Source: an uncultured Acidobacteriota bacterium
GTDB taxonomy: Bacteria > Acidobacteriota > Thermoanaerobaculia > Gp7-AA8
DNA length: 64,000 nucleotides
Direction of reading: 5' to 3'
NCBI GenBank assembly: GCA_963741955.1
Contig: CAVUKB010000006.1
Location: 352,001-416,000 of the forward strand
The notes under the pieces were generated by a model that was given only the letters and a program-made list of their open reading frames with translations, did not search any database and was not told where the DNA came from. Below, one piece after another: positions 8,955 through 18,760 of the stretch (positions within the stretch are counted from its first letter, which is position 1; each line of letters begins with the position of its first letter). A program made the translations under genes and the position numbers.

Positions 8955-9662
8955 ATGAACACCATTGCCCTGGTCGACGATGAAGAGACGATCCGAGAGA
9001 GCGTCGGCTACGCACTGCGACGCGACGGCTACGAAGTGAATCTGTATCCGGATGGCGCGGCGGCGTGGTCCGATTTCCAGACCAGGCTCCCCGATCTCGT
9101 GATCCTCGACATCATCATGCCCCGTATGGACGGACTGGAGCTCTGTCGCAAGCTTCGCGCGGCATCCGAGACGCTTCCGATCATTTTTCTCACCTCGCGC
9201 GACGAGGAGCTCGACCGCGTCCTCGGGCTCGAGCTCGGCGCGGACGACTACCTCTGCAAGCCGTTCTCGACCCGAGAGCTGGTCGCACGAGTGAAGGTGC
9301 TCTTCCGTCGCGCGGGACTTCGCGATTCGAAGCCCGGCGCCGGCGACGAGCCGCCGCTCAAGGCCGGCCGACTCGAGCTCGACATGCAGCGGTACCTCGT
9401 GACGTGGAACGGACGACCGGTCGACCTCACCGTCACGGAGTTCATGATGCTTCGCGCGCTCGTTCGTCACCCGGGTCACGTCAAGACGCGGGAGCAGCTC
9501 ACCCGCGAAGGCTACCCCCACGACAATTACGTCTCGGATCGAACCGTCGACAGCCACATCAAACGGATCCGCCGGAAGTTCGTCGAAACCGACCCCGCGT
9601 TCGACGGAATCGAGACCGTGTACGGGCTCGGGTACCGCTACCGGGCCGACGAGCGGAGCTGA
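8955..9662 (+). CDS. OmpR-family response regulator (ChvI/PdsR-like)
   Basis: Receiver motifs 'LVDDE', 'ILDIIMP' and 'ADDYLCKPF'; winged helix 'DRTVDSHIKRIRRKF...IETVYGLGY'. Confidence 0.93.
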   Translation: MNTIALVDDEETIRESVGYALRRDGYEVNLYPDGAAAWSDFQTRLPDLVILDIIMPRMDGLELCRKLRAASETLPIIFLTSRDEELDRVLGLELGADDYLCKPFSTRELVARVKVLFRRAGLRDSKPGAGDEPPLKAGRLELDMQRYLVTWNGRPVDLTVTEFMMLRALVRHPGHVKTREQLTREGYPHDNYVSDRTVDSHIKRIRRKFVETDPAFDGIETVYGLGYRYRADERS

Positions 9663-9666
9663 TCGC

Positions 9667-11229
9667 GTGCAGCGCTGGATCCGCCTCTTCTCCCGCATCT
9701 CGCTCCGCCTTCTGGCGTTCAATCTCCTCCTCGTCTTTCTCCCGCTCGCCGCGCTTCTTTTCCTCCAGGTCTACGAACAGCGTCTCGAGGACGCGGAGCA
9801 GCGGGCGATGCTCCGCGAGAGTCAGTTCCTCGCTGCGGAGCTGAGCGAGCAGCCGTCGCTTTACGGCGTTCACGCGCAGAGAATTCTCGAGGCCCTGAAG
9901 CTGGAGGACATGCGCGTCAGGGTGGTCGACCGGGACGGTTTCGTCCTCGCGGACAACGGCTTGAACTGGAGACACGAGGCGGCGCAGGAGGGACGGAGCG
10001 AAGCTCGAAGGAACTGGCTCTACCGCGCGGCGACGTTCGTATTCCGTTGGCCGGCCCAGTTCTTCAGACCACCGGAGCAGCCGCTTCCTTCCGCCGACTT
10101 CTATGAGTCCGCACGTCGTCTCACCGGTGTCGAGATCCAGGCCGCGCTCGGCGGGAAGAAAGGTTTCACCAAGAGGACCTCGCCCGGAGGAGAGCGTTCG
10201 GTCACCCTCTACGCCGCGACGCCGATCCGGCAGGATGGACGCGTCACGGGCGCAGTCCTGGTCGAGCAGTCGACGTATCCGATTCTGCAGGACATCTACG
10301 AAGTGCGGCTCGGAGTGCTGCGCATCTTCCTCGCGTCGCTTGCGCTCGCGGTGGTTCTCACTCTTCTCATCGCGACCACGATCGTCCGGCCCCTGCACCG
10401 GCTGCGTCTCGAAGCGAATGCGATCCTCGATCCGCGTGGCCGGCTCAGGGGACGCTTCCGCGGATCGAAGAAGCTCGACGAGATCGGCGATCTCTCCCGC
10501 GCCCTGGAGCGTCTTACCCGCCGGCTCGACAGCCATCAGGAGTTCATCGAGTCGTTCGCGGCGGACGTCTCGCACGAGTTCCGCAATCCTCTCGCCTCGA
10601 TCCGAACCGCGACGGAGACGCTCGCGCAGCTCGATGATCCCGCCGAGCGCCGACGGTTCCTCGACATGGTCGAGCGTGACATCGCACGTATGGAGCACCT
10701 TCTCTCCGCCGTGCGCCGTGTGACGCAGATCGACGCGACGCTCGCGAGCGAAGAGCGCTCGGCGGTCGACCTCGGCGAGCTCCTCTCGCATCTGACAGAT
10801 GGATTCAGGATGCGCTCCCTCCGGAGTGTGGCCCTCGAGCTGGAACTGCCCGAGCGACCCGTGGTCGTCGAGACAGCGGAGGATAGGCTGGCCGAGGTCT
10901 TCGACAATCTTCTCGACAACGCCGAGAGTTTTTCACCTCCCGGAACTGCGGTCCGGGTGACACTCTCATCCGGAGAGGGCGAGGCGGAAGTCCGTGTCGC
11001 CGACCGCGGTCCCGGATTCCCGGAAGGCCATCTCTCCCGCGTCTTCGACCGCTTCTTCAGCTACCGTCCCGACCATCCACCCGGGGATCACCACAGCGGA
11101 CTCGGCCTCGCGATCGTCAAGGCGATTGTGGAAGGATACGAAGGCTCGGTCGAAGCGCGAAACCGGGAGGGCGGTGGAGCGGAGCTGGTGGTACGGTTGC
11201 CACTCGCCGGACGCGATACTTCCCGCTGA
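9667..11229 (+). CDS. Sensor histidine kinase (ChvG/PdsS-like, HAMP-HisKA-HATPase)
   Basis: Two TMs, HAMP 'DEIGDL', H-box 'VSHEFRNPL', N-box 'NLLDNA', 'DRGPG' and 'SGLGLAI'. Confidence 0.93.
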   Translation: MQRWIRLFSRISLRLLAFNLLLVFLPLAALLFLQVYEQRLEDAEQRAMLRESQFLAAELSEQPSLYGVHAQRILEALKLEDMRVRVVDRDGFVLADNGLNWRHEAAQEGRSEARRNWLYRAATFVFRWPAQFFRPPEQPLPSADFYESARRLTGVEIQAALGGKKGFTKRTSPGGERSVTLYAATPIRQDGRVTGAVLVEQSTYPILQDIYEVRLGVLRIFLASLALAVVLTLLIATTIVRPLHRLRLEANAILDPRGRLRGRFRGSKKLDEIGDLSRALERLTRRLDSHQEFIESFAADVSHEFRNPLASIRTATETLAQLDDPAERRRFLDMVERDIARMEHLLSAVRRVTQIDATLASEERSAVDLGELLSHLTDGFRMRSLRSVALELELPERPVVVETAEDRLAEVFDNLLDNAESFSPPGTAVRVTLSSGEGEAEVRVADRGPGFPEGHLSRVFDRFFSYRPDHPPGDHHSGLGLAIVKAIVEGYEGSVEARNREGGGAELVVRLPLAGRDTSR

Positions 11230-11292
11230 CCCCGTCTGGTCGATTTCGTGCAATGCTAGTCACCACCAGCAGAGAGGGAGAGGAGAGCTTCA

Positions 11293-13083
11293 TTGGGACG
11301 CGAGGATTCGGAAGGAGACGTTGAACGCTCGGGCGCGATTCCGATCGAACCGCGCGACCGAAGGATCGAGGAGCGAAGACAGAACACAGTTCGCGTCTTC
11401 ACCGGATCGATCCTCGTCATCGGGATCCTCTACGTCGCACGCCAGGTGTTCATCCCGGTGGCGCTCGCGGTGCTGTTCGCGTTCCTGCTGCGACCGGTGG
11501 TGCGGGTTCTGGAGCGATCGTTTCTTCGCCAGACCGGCGCGATCGTCGTTTCCATCGCTCTCGCGGTGGGTCTCCTTTCGGTCGCGGCCTGGACGCTCTC
11601 GCTGCAGGTCAACTCCCTCGCACGCGAAGTGGCGGCCTACAGTGGAAACCTCGAGCAGAAACTGAAGGTCTTCCATGCGAGCTCGGGAGGATCCCTCGCC
11701 ATCGTCGAGCGGACGCTCCAGCGCCTGGCCGAGACTGCGGAGCCTCAGGAGAAGCCGGATTTCCGGGTGAAGGTGATCCCGGAGCGGAAGACGATCGCAG
11801 ATCGCTACCGCGCCGTTGCGCCCTCTTTCGAGCTCCTCGCGTCTGCCTTCCTCGTCATCGTGCTCGTCTTTTTTCTTCTGTCGGAGCGTGAGCGGTTGAG
11901 AGACCGGCTCCTGCGGCTCGCCGGCCGGGCGCATCTGACCGTGACCACTCAGGCGATCGGAGAAGCGACCTATCGCATCAGCCGCTATCTCTTCACCCTC
12001 GCCTTTCTGAACTTCCTTTTCGGGACGGCGATCTTCGCGGGGCTCTTCCTCTTCGGTGTCCCGCACTCGCTTCTGTGGGGAGTTCTCGCCGGGTTGCTGC
12101 GCTTCATTCCTTACATTGGCGCAGTACTCGCCGCAGCGTTTCCCACCATTCTTTCTCTGGCAGTCTTCCCGAACTGGTACGTACCGGTTGCGGTGATCGC
12201 CCTCTTCGGAGTGACCGACCAGATCCTCGCCGGGTTCGTCGAGCCGCTCGTGATCGGGCATCGCACCGGAGTTTCACCGACGGCGTTGCTGATCTCGACG
12301 ATCTTCTGGGGCTGGCTGTGGGGACCGGTGGGCCTTCTCCTCTCGGTTCCGATCACCGTCTGCCTGACCGTGATCGGCGAATTCATTCCGGCGTTCAGCG
12401 TCTTCTCGGTTCTCTTCGCAACCGAGGCGCCACTGGAAGACTACCTCGGCTTTTACAACCGTCTGATCAGCCGCGACCGGATCGCCACGGCGACGTTCGT
12501 CGACCGGTTTGCAGAGGAAGAGGGGATGCAGGAGGCGTTCGTGCAGCTCTTCATCCCGACACTGGAGTTCGCGGCGGAAGAGCTCTCGCGCGAGCGGATC
12601 ACGAAGGCACAGGACCACTTCATCAAGGACATCATCCGTGAGCTGATCATCCGGCTCGGCGATCGGAACGCGCACGTTCTCCCGGGCGCGCCGCGCATGG
12701 TGGCGTTCTCGGTCGGCGGCGAGCGGATCTCGCTCGGGACGATGATGCTCGCGCAGCTGCTGCGGAGCGACGGCTATGGATTCGACTTCTTCACCGACCT
12801 GGAAGAAGAGGAGGTGATCGCGTTCGTCCACGAGGCCGCTCCGCTCGCGGTGTTCGTCACCTGCTCGCACCCCTCCCGTCTTCAGGAAGGATGCGGCCTG
12901 GTTCATCTGCTGCGTCAGGCTGAGCCGGAGACCCTCATCGTGGCCGCCGGATCCGCATTCGGCAAACGACGCGACCGCACGCTCGAGACCGGAGCAGATT
13001 TCGTGATCGGATCGCTGGTCGAGGCAAAGCAGGAGATTCTGGCGCGGATCGCGACGAAGGGGCGGACGAAGATCCTGGCGTAG
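11293..13083 (+). CDS. AI-2E family transporter with C-terminal cobalamin-binding-like domain
   Basis: 'LRFIPYIG' and 'FWGWLWGPVGLLLSVPIT' motifs, multiple TMs, and a soluble C-terminal Rossmann-like extension. Start uncertain. Confidence 0.88.
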   Translation: MGREDSEGDVERSGAIPIEPRDRRIEERRQNTVRVFTGSILVIGILYVARQVFIPVALAVLFAFLLRPVVRVLERSFLRQTGAIVVSIALAVGLLSVAAWTLSLQVNSLAREVAAYSGNLEQKLKVFHASSGGSLAIVERTLQRLAETAEPQEKPDFRVKVIPERKTIADRYRAVAPSFELLASAFLVIVLVFFLLSERERLRDRLLRLAGRAHLTVTTQAIGEATYRISRYLFTLAFLNFLFGTAIFAGLFLFGVPHSLLWGVLAGLLRFIPYIGAVLAAAFPTILSLAVFPNWYVPVAVIALFGVTDQILAGFVEPLVIGHRTGVSPTALLISTIFWGWLWGPVGLLLSVPITVCLTVIGEFIPAFSVFSVLFATEAPLEDYLGFYNRLISRDRIATATFVDRFAEEEGMQEAFVQLFIPTLEFAAEELSRERITKAQDHFIKDIIRELIIRLGDRNAHVLPGAPRMVAFSVGGERISLGTMMLAQLLRSDGYGFDFFTDLEEEEVIAFVHEAAPLAVFVTCSHPSRLQEGCGLVHLLRQAEPETLIVAAGSAFGKRRDRTLETGADFVIGSLVEAKQEILARIATKGRTKILA

Positions 13084-13150
13084 GGGCGCACGGGCCGCCG
13101 CACTTTCCAGCTCTACACATGCAGGCGCAGTCGGAGACGTGGCCGTGCGC
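13080..13150 (+). repeat. Degenerate GTAG-type REP remnant overlapping the stop codon
   Basis: GTAGGGGCGCACGG at 13080, with the complement CCGTGCGC at 13143-13150. Confidence 0.35.
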
Positions 13151-13296
13151 AGACCCTCTGAACTCTTTTCCCCAGCTCGATGCCTCCGGAAATCTCTGCA
13201 TGCGTCCGCACATCATGCGCGGAACGACCGTATCGGACGTCGACGCCATTGGGGCTGAGTGCCGGCCCGTCTCCAGGCTGGAGCGCGTGGGAAGCC

Positions 13297-13650
13297 TCAC
13301 CCCGGAGGCCACGAGAACGGCCGCCCGCCGAGCAGGTGCGCGTGGATGTGAAACACGCTCTGTCCCGCTCCGGGGCCGTTGTTGATCACCACGCGGTAAC
13401 CTTCGGAGGGGAGCCCGAGGTCACGGGCGATCGCGGAGGCGCGGTAGATCACCCTTCCCATCATCTCGTTGTCTTCCGGTCCGAGGTCATCGAGGCTGGG
13501 GACGTGACGGCGCGGAATCACCAGCACGTGCGTCGGCGCCTTCGGGTCGATGTCCTCGAACGCGAGGACATCGGAATCCTCGTAAACCTTGCGTGAAGGG
13601 ATGTCACCGCTCGCGATGCGGCAGAAGAGGCATCGATCGGTTTCCGACAT
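13297..13650 (-). CDS. hinT: Histidine triad nucleotide-binding protein
   Basis: 'CLFCRI', 'PKAPTHVLVIP' and 'GQSVFHIHAHLLGGR...WPPG'. Confidence 0.93.
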   Translation of the reverse strand: MSETDRCLFCRIASGDIPSRKVYEDSDVLAFEDIDPKAPTHVLVIPRRHVPSLDDLGPEDNEMMGRVIYRASAIARDLGLPSEGYRVVINNGPGAGQSVFHIHAHLLGGRPFSWPPG

Positions 13651-13681
13651 GGATCTCCTCCGTTCGATCGAAGTTCCGCGA

Positions 13682-14521
13682 TCAGTCCGACTGCGGTTCG
13701 ACCAGTGATGATACGACGATGCGCGGGATGCCGGCGAGGTCGTCGAGGATCGTGTCGATACGCCAGCCGCAGTTCTCGGCGAGCCGCTGCACCGCCGCAG
13801 CCTGATCGAAGCCGATCTCCATGATCAGAAAACCGCCGGGGCGGAGGTGCTCCTTCGAGTCGGAGAAGAGGCTCTCGATCACCTGCAGTCCGTTCCCTCC
13901 CGGAGTGAGCGCCACTCGCGGCTCGTGATCCCGCACTTCGCGCTGCAGGCTCTCGATCGCCTCGGCGTTGACGTACGGAGGGTTCGACACGATGAGCTCG
14001 AACCGTCCGCGGATCGAGGCGAGGACGTCCGAAGCGACGAAGCGCGTGGTCGTGCCGATGCGCGACGCGTTCCGGCGAGCCATCGCGAGCGCGCCGACGG
14101 AAACATCGGAGGCGAATGTGATCAGGTCCGCGCGCTCGGCCGCGAGCGTCAACGCGATCTCCCCACTCCCCGTTCCGACGTCGAGAACCCGTGCCCCGGC
14201 CGGGGCGCGATCGAGCGCCGCTTCGACGAGGATCTCCGTCTCCGGGCGCGGGATCAGGACCCGCGGGTCGACCAGGAACTCCCGGCCGAAGAATTCGCAC
14301 CGTCCGCGGATGTACTGCAGCGGCTCGCCGTCGAAGCGTCGCTCGATCCATCCGGTGAATCGTCGAAGAGCTTCGTTCTCGATCGTCTCCTCGTCGTGCG
14401 AAACGAGATGGACGAGGCTGACCTCGAGGGCATCGCCGAGGAGGAGGTCGACGTCACGGGGACTGACGCCTTCGCGGAGCGCTTCCCGGCGGTAACGCTG
14501 GCGGAGTTCACGGATGTTCAC
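13682..14521 (-). CDS. prmC: Release factor glutamine methyltransferase
   Basis: 'GEPLQYIRG', 'VLIPRPETE', 'LDVGTGSG' and 'SNPPY'. GTG start overlaps the upstream TGA. Confidence 0.93.
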   Translation of the reverse strand: MNIRELRQRYRREALREGVSPRDVDLLLGDALEVSLVHLVSHDEETIENEALRRFTGWIERRFDGEPLQYIRGRCEFFGREFLVDPRVLIPRPETEILVEAALDRAPAGARVLDVGTGSGEIALTLAAERADLITFASDVSVGALAMARRNASRIGTTTRFVASDVLASIRGRFELIVSNPPYVNAEAIESLQREVRDHEPRVALTPGGNGLQVIESLFSDSKEHLRPGGFLIMEIGFDQAAAVQRLAENCGWRIDTILDDLAGIPRIVVSSLVEPQSD

Positions 14522-15255
14522 GACGCCGTCTCTTCCGGATACGTGATCTGGAGGAAGACGTCTTCGAGAGGACTTCCCGGACGCCCCGCCTTCGTCTTCA
14601 GCTCGCCCGGACTGCCGGTCGCCACGATCCTTCCGCGATGGATGATCGCGAGACGATCGCAGACCGCTTCCGCGACCGAGAGGGTGTGCGTAGTGAGAAA
14701 GATCGTCCTCCCTTCGGAGGCGAGAGTCCGCAAGAGCTTTTTCACCTGATTCTGCGCGAACGTGTCGAGGCCGACCATCGGCTCGTCGATGATGACGACG
14801 CTCGGATCGTGCACCAGAGCCGCGGTGAGGACGAGCTTCTGCTTCATCCCGTGGGAGTAATTCTCGATCCTCGCTGGAGCCCACTCGGTGAGATCGAGGT
14901 AGTCGAGCAGTCGCGATGCGCGCGCCTGCGCCGCATTCCATTCCGCGGAATAGAGGTCGGCCACGAAGCGGAGAAGCTCCCATCCGGTGAGCTTCTCGTA
15001 GAGGAACGGGCGGTCGGGAACGAATCCTGTGATCGCCTTCGCTTTCTCCGGTTCGCTGACGACGTCGATTCCCCCCACCAGGGCCACTCCGGCGGTCGGA
15101 AGCGACAGGCCGGCCAGGATCCGGATGGTGGTGGTCTTCCCGGCCCCGTTCGGTCCGAGAAAACCGAAGACTTCGCCCCGAGCGGCCTCGAGCGAGATCG
15201 AGTCGACCGCGGTGAAGTTACCGTACCTCTTGGTCAGTGACTGCAGTTCGATCAT
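14518..15255 (-). CDS. ABC transporter ATP-binding protein
   Basis: Walker A GPNGAGKTT, signature YSHGMKQK, Walker B IIDEP and H-loop. Confidence 0.93.
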   Translation of the reverse strand: MIELQSLTKRYGNFTAVDSISLEAARGEVFGFLGPNGAGKTTTIRILAGLSLPTAGVALVGGIDVVSEPEKAKAITGFVPDRPFLYEKLTGWELLRFVADLYSAEWNAAQARASRLLDYLDLTEWAPARIENYSHGMKQKLVLTAALVHDPSVVIIDEPMVGLDTFAQNQVKKLLRTLASEGRTIFLTTHTLSVAEAVCDRLAIIHRGRIVATGSPGELKTKAGRPGSPLEDVFLQITYPEETAS

Positions 15256-15297
15256 CGGCGGCGCGGCGGGCCCGGCGGGCCCCTGCTATCATCGCAC

Positions 15298-15323
15298 GGA
15301 AACTTTCGATGCGCGGAGCCGTA
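15298..15323 (+). promoter_or_regulatory. SigW-type ECF autoregulatory promoter
   Basis: GGAAAC-N16-CGTA ending 8 nt before the ATG of the ECF sigma gene; matches the B. subtilis SigW consensus TGAAAC-N16-CGTA. Confidence 0.65.
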
Positions 15324-15331
15324 CGAAGCTG

Positions 15332-15925
15332 ATGGAAACAGAGGAGGTGGTGGACGATCGTACGCTGGTGGCCCGGATTCTCGCCGGCGACCGGGACGGG
15401 TTCTCCGAACTGGTCCGGCGCTACGAGAAGAGGATCATCAACTACGTCTACCGCATCACGCGCCGTTACGAAGACGCGTGCGACCTGACTCAGGAAATTT
15501 TCGTGAAGGTGTACATGGCGCTCGACCGATACGATCCGAAGTACCAGTTCTCGACCTGGATCTTCCGGATCGCACAGAACAGCGCCATCGACACGTTGCG
15601 CAAGAAGGGGATTCAGGAAGTCTCGCTCACGCGCCCGCCGGGCGAAGAGGAAGAGAGGGGAGGAAAAGAGAGAGAATTCCCCGACGAGGGAGTCTCGCCG
15701 TTGCGCGATCTGCACAACCGCGAGCTCGGAGGCGCGATCGAGCGAGCCATCGACGGGCTCCCGGAAGACTACCGGGAACTGATCCAGCTCCGGCATTTCG
15801 GCGAGTTGTCGTATGAAGAGATCGCGGAGATGAAGCGGCTCCCGCTGGGAACGGTGAAGAACAAGCTCTTTCGTGCACGGAATCTGCTGAAGGACGAGCT
15901 CGGAGAATTTCTGGAACCGGTATGA
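15332..15925 (+). CDS. ECF RNA polymerase sigma factor (SigW-like)
   Basis: 'DLTQEIFVKVY', 'FSTWIFRIAQN' and 'LSYEEIAE...GTVKNKLFRAR'. Confidence 0.93.
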   Translation: METEEVVDDRTLVARILAGDRDGFSELVRRYEKRIINYVYRITRRYEDACDLTQEIFVKVYMALDRYDPKYQFSTWIFRIAQNSAIDTLRKKGIQEVSLTRPPGEEEERGGKEREFPDEGVSPLRDLHNRELGGAIERAIDGLPEDYRELIQLRHFGELSYEEIAEMKRLPLGTVKNKLFRARNLLKDELGEFLEPV

Positions 15926-16419
15926 AGAACGAGCGCTGCAAGGAGTTCATGAACGACCCCGAGAGGTGGAGCACACACCTGGAGGAGTGCGACGCCTGTC
16001 GTGCGGAGTTCGAGGCGTTCGAGCGGGGTGAAGACGCGCTGCCGGGCACGACGATCATCGACACCGATGGGATGCCGGTCGAACGAATCACCGGAAGCCT
16101 TCCGGTGGCTCCGTGGGAAGGTGCAGGACACCGGCCGTGGGCGCTGGTGGTCGTGGGCGCCGGCCTGATCCTGATCGTCGCGGCCGCTCTCTTCGCGTTC
16201 GCCGGAATCTCGCCGCTCACCGGATTCGCCACCGCCTTCCGCAGCTCGGCTCTTCCTCTTCCGGAGATCTTCCGGATCGCGAGCTCGATCGCGGAGCTCG
16301 TGAGGAGCGCTCCGGGAGCGGTACAGGTCGGGTTGCTGGTGGCGTTCGTCGTCGTCAACGCACTGCTGTTCGCGCTTCTCCGGCGCGCACCACGGGGGGC
16401 CGATGCGACAAATCGGTAA
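15922..16419 (+). CDS. Zinc-binding anti-sigma factor
   Basis: HxxxCxxC motif (HLEECDAC), two TMs, ATGA overlap with the sigma gene. Confidence 0.8.
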   Translation: MKNERCKEFMNDPERWSTHLEECDACRAEFEAFERGEDALPGTTIIDTDGMPVERITGSLPVAPWEGAGHRPWALVVVGAGLILIVAAALFAFAGISPLTGFATAFRSSALPLPEIFRIASSIAELVRSAPGAVQVGLLVAFVVVNALLFALLRRAPRGADATNR

Positions 16420-17374
16420 AGCGGTTCTGCCGGTCGTGGTTCTCCTCTCCGCGATCGTTCTCGCCCTGGCAGTGATTCCGTCGGCCAGTGGACGCGACCG
16501 CGCGGCGGTCGGTGGCAGCATGACCTCCGGATCGGGCGATCTGGTCGGCTTCGACGAAGACATGCACGTCACGCAGAACGTCGCCGGCTCGGTGATCGTC
16601 TTCGCCGGGACCGCCATGATCGACGCTGTAGTGAGCGGCGACGTGGTGGTACTGGGTGGAGACGTCTCACTCGGAGAGAGCGCGCACGTTCGCGGTGACC
16701 TGGTCTGCCTCGGCGGGGAGATCCACGGTCTCGAAGCAGGACGCGTCGCGGGTGACGTGGTCGCGCCGGGACGGCTCCTGCACATCGCCCGCGGGCAATC
16801 CGAAGATGCCGTTCTGCTGCGGCACGGAAGCCCGTTCCTCACCGTGCTGAAGATCGCGCTCGAGCTCTCGATGCTCTTCCTCTGGCTGATCGCGGCAGTG
16901 GTCATCACCCTTTTCTGGGGGCGGTCGGTGCGTTCGTCCGCGGTCGAGTTGAAGGCGAGTCCGTTCCACGTCGTGACCCTCGGGCTGGTCGCACTCACCA
17001 GCTTCATTCTCACCGCTCTTCTCTTCAGCGTTCTGATCCCCTTCTTCGTCGGGATTCCGCTCCTTCTCGCCCTCGCGCTCTTCGCCATCGCGCTCAAGAT
17101 CTATGGAATGGTCGCGGTCTTTCATTTCGTGGGCGGTCTGGTGGCCGGTCCGCGCACGCACGAAGAGGCAGGAGCGCGCCGCCACCTCCGCGGCGATCTC
17201 GCGATGGTCCTGGTGGGACTGCTGATTCTCGGAGCGATCCGCCTGATCCCGGTGGTCGGGCCTGCCATCTGGATGGCGGCTTCGGTGTTCGGCGTCGGGG
17301 TGGCTCTCGCTACCGGGTTCGGCCAGCGCGAGCCCTGGTTCCTCACGTGGCAGACGAAGACATCTGAGATCTAG
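16403..17374 (+). CDS. Membrane protein with bactofilin-like (polymer-forming) beta-helix repeats
   Basis: 'VSGDVVVLGGDV', 'VRGDLVCLGG' and 'VAGDVV' repeats followed by several TMs. Confidence 0.75.
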   Translation: MRQIGKAVLPVVVLLSAIVLALAVIPSASGRDRAAVGGSMTSGSGDLVGFDEDMHVTQNVAGSVIVFAGTAMIDAVVSGDVVVLGGDVSLGESAHVRGDLVCLGGEIHGLEAGRVAGDVVAPGRLLHIARGQSEDAVLLRHGSPFLTVLKIALELSMLFLWLIAAVVITLFWGRSVRSSAVELKASPFHVVTLGLVALTSFILTALLFSVLIPFFVGIPLLLALALFAIALKIYGMVAVFHFVGGLVAGPRTHEEAGARRHLRGDLAMVLVGLLILGAIRLIPVVGPAIWMAASVFGVGVALATGFGQREPWFLTWQTKTSEI

Positions 17375-17510
17375 TATCTGTTATCTGTTATCTGTTATCT
17401 GTTATCTGTATCTATAACTGCGCATATTAATCCAAACAAGTTATAGCAAATATATGAGCCACAGATAATAGATAATAGATAATAGATAATAGATAATAGA
17501 TAATAGATGA
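17375..17510. repeat. AT-rich inverted heptamer arrays (TTATCTG)x5 ... (YAGATAA)x7
   Basis: Read directly. Lies between two convergent stop codons, with an AT-rich spacer of about 53 bp. Confidence 0.93.
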
Positions 17511-17511
17511 T

Positions 17512-18255
17512 TCAGACCTCCCAGCGGCCGTCGCTTCCCCGGGTGTGCTGCAGTCCCAGACGGTCTTCGATGCGACGGGCGAGTGAGAGAAGAAGCGACG
17601 CTTCCCGCATGGTCAGCATGGCGCGTCCTTCGATCGCCTTCAACTCCGCACAGACCCGGGTCCGGTTCCGCTCGTGGAAGAAGCCCGCCTCCTCCATCAC
17701 GTGACCGGCATGGAGATCGAGATGCTGCAGAAGCTCGATCGCGGCAAGCTCCGACCGCTTGACCGGCGCCTTCTCGAACTCCTTCGACAGCTCGTAACAG
17801 AAAAGCGCGACGGACTGCGCGAGATTCATGGTCGGAAACGAAGGGTCGGTGCGGATCGATGCGGTCCGCTGGCATTTCGCGATCTCGCCTGCACTCAGGC
17901 CCCGCTCCTCCCGCCCGAAGACGATCGCAACCCGCTGATCTTCGGTGAGAGATTCGCGGGCCAGCTGCGCGGCGGCGGCAGGAGTGAGGTGCTCGCGTAC
18001 CCGCCGTTCCTTCACTGCAGTCGTGGCGATCGAGAGGTGACAACCGGCGAGCGCCTCATTCAGCTCAGGCGTCCGCTGCGCGGAATTCACGAGATCCTCG
18101 GCTCCTCGCGCCCACCATTCCGAGACCTGGTCGATCCGTTGGGGACGTGTTCCGACGATCCACAGATCGTGGATCCCGAAATTCTTCATCGCGCGCGCGG
18201 CCGCGCCGAGGTTGCCTGCTTCGTGAGGCTCGACGAGTACGATTCGAACTTTCAT
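17512..18255 (-). CDS. TrmJ/LasT-like SPOUT RNA methyltransferase
   Basis: '[14 protein letters not shown]', '[11 protein letters not shown]' and 'MNLAQSV'. Confidence 0.9.
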   Translation of the reverse strand: MKVRIVLVEPHEAGNLGAAARAMKNFGIHDLWIVGTRPQRIDQVSEWWARGAEDLVNSAQRTPELNEALAGCHLSIATTAVKERRVREHLTPAAAAQLARESLTEDQRVAIVFGREERGLSAGEIAKCQRTASIRTDPSFPTMNLAQSVALFCYELSKEFEKAPVKRSELAAIELLQHLDLHAGHVMEEAGFFHERNRTRVCAELKAIEGRAMLTMREASLLLSLARRIEDRLGLQHTRGSDGRWEV

Positions 18256-18295
18256 CACCGGTGAGAATAGCAGGAGCGCGTGCTACCCTTCCGCA

Positions 18296-18760
18296 ATGCC
18301 GGGAAAGCTCACCGCAATCTGGATCAAGCGCGCCAAGCGGGGACCGATGGATCCCGCAACCGCGGCCGTTCTGGTCGCGGGAGAGGGAATTCGCGGAAAC
18401 GCGGATCAGGGCGGCCGCCGGCAGGTGACGCTGATCGAGCGCGAGGTCTGGGAGACGTTGATGGAAGAGCTGGAGGGGACACTCGACCCTTCGGCACGGA
18501 GGGCCAACCTGATGCTCGAGGGGGTCTCGCTCGCCGAATCACGTGGAAAGCGGCTTCGGATCGGAGAATGCCTCCTGGAGATCGCCGGCGAGACCAAACC
18601 GTGCGAACGGATGGACGAGGCGCTCGAGGGACTGCAGGCCGCGATGTTTCCAGGGTGGCGCGGCGGCGCGTTCGCAAAGGTCCTCGAGGGGGGGATTCTC
18701 CGCCCCGGCGATTCTGCCCGGTGGGAGTCCGAGTCCGGGATCTCCGATTCCGAAAGCTGA
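18296..18760 (+). CDS. MOSC domain protein
   Basis: 'RQVTLI', 'RRANL', 'PCERM' and '[13 protein letters not shown]'. Confidence 0.88.
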   Translation: MPGKLTAIWIKRAKRGPMDPATAAVLVAGEGIRGNADQGGRRQVTLIEREVWETLMEELEGTLDPSARRANLMLEGVSLAESRGKRLRIGECLLEIAGETKPCERMDEALEGLQAAMFPGWRGGAFAKVLEGGILRPGDSARWESESGISDSES

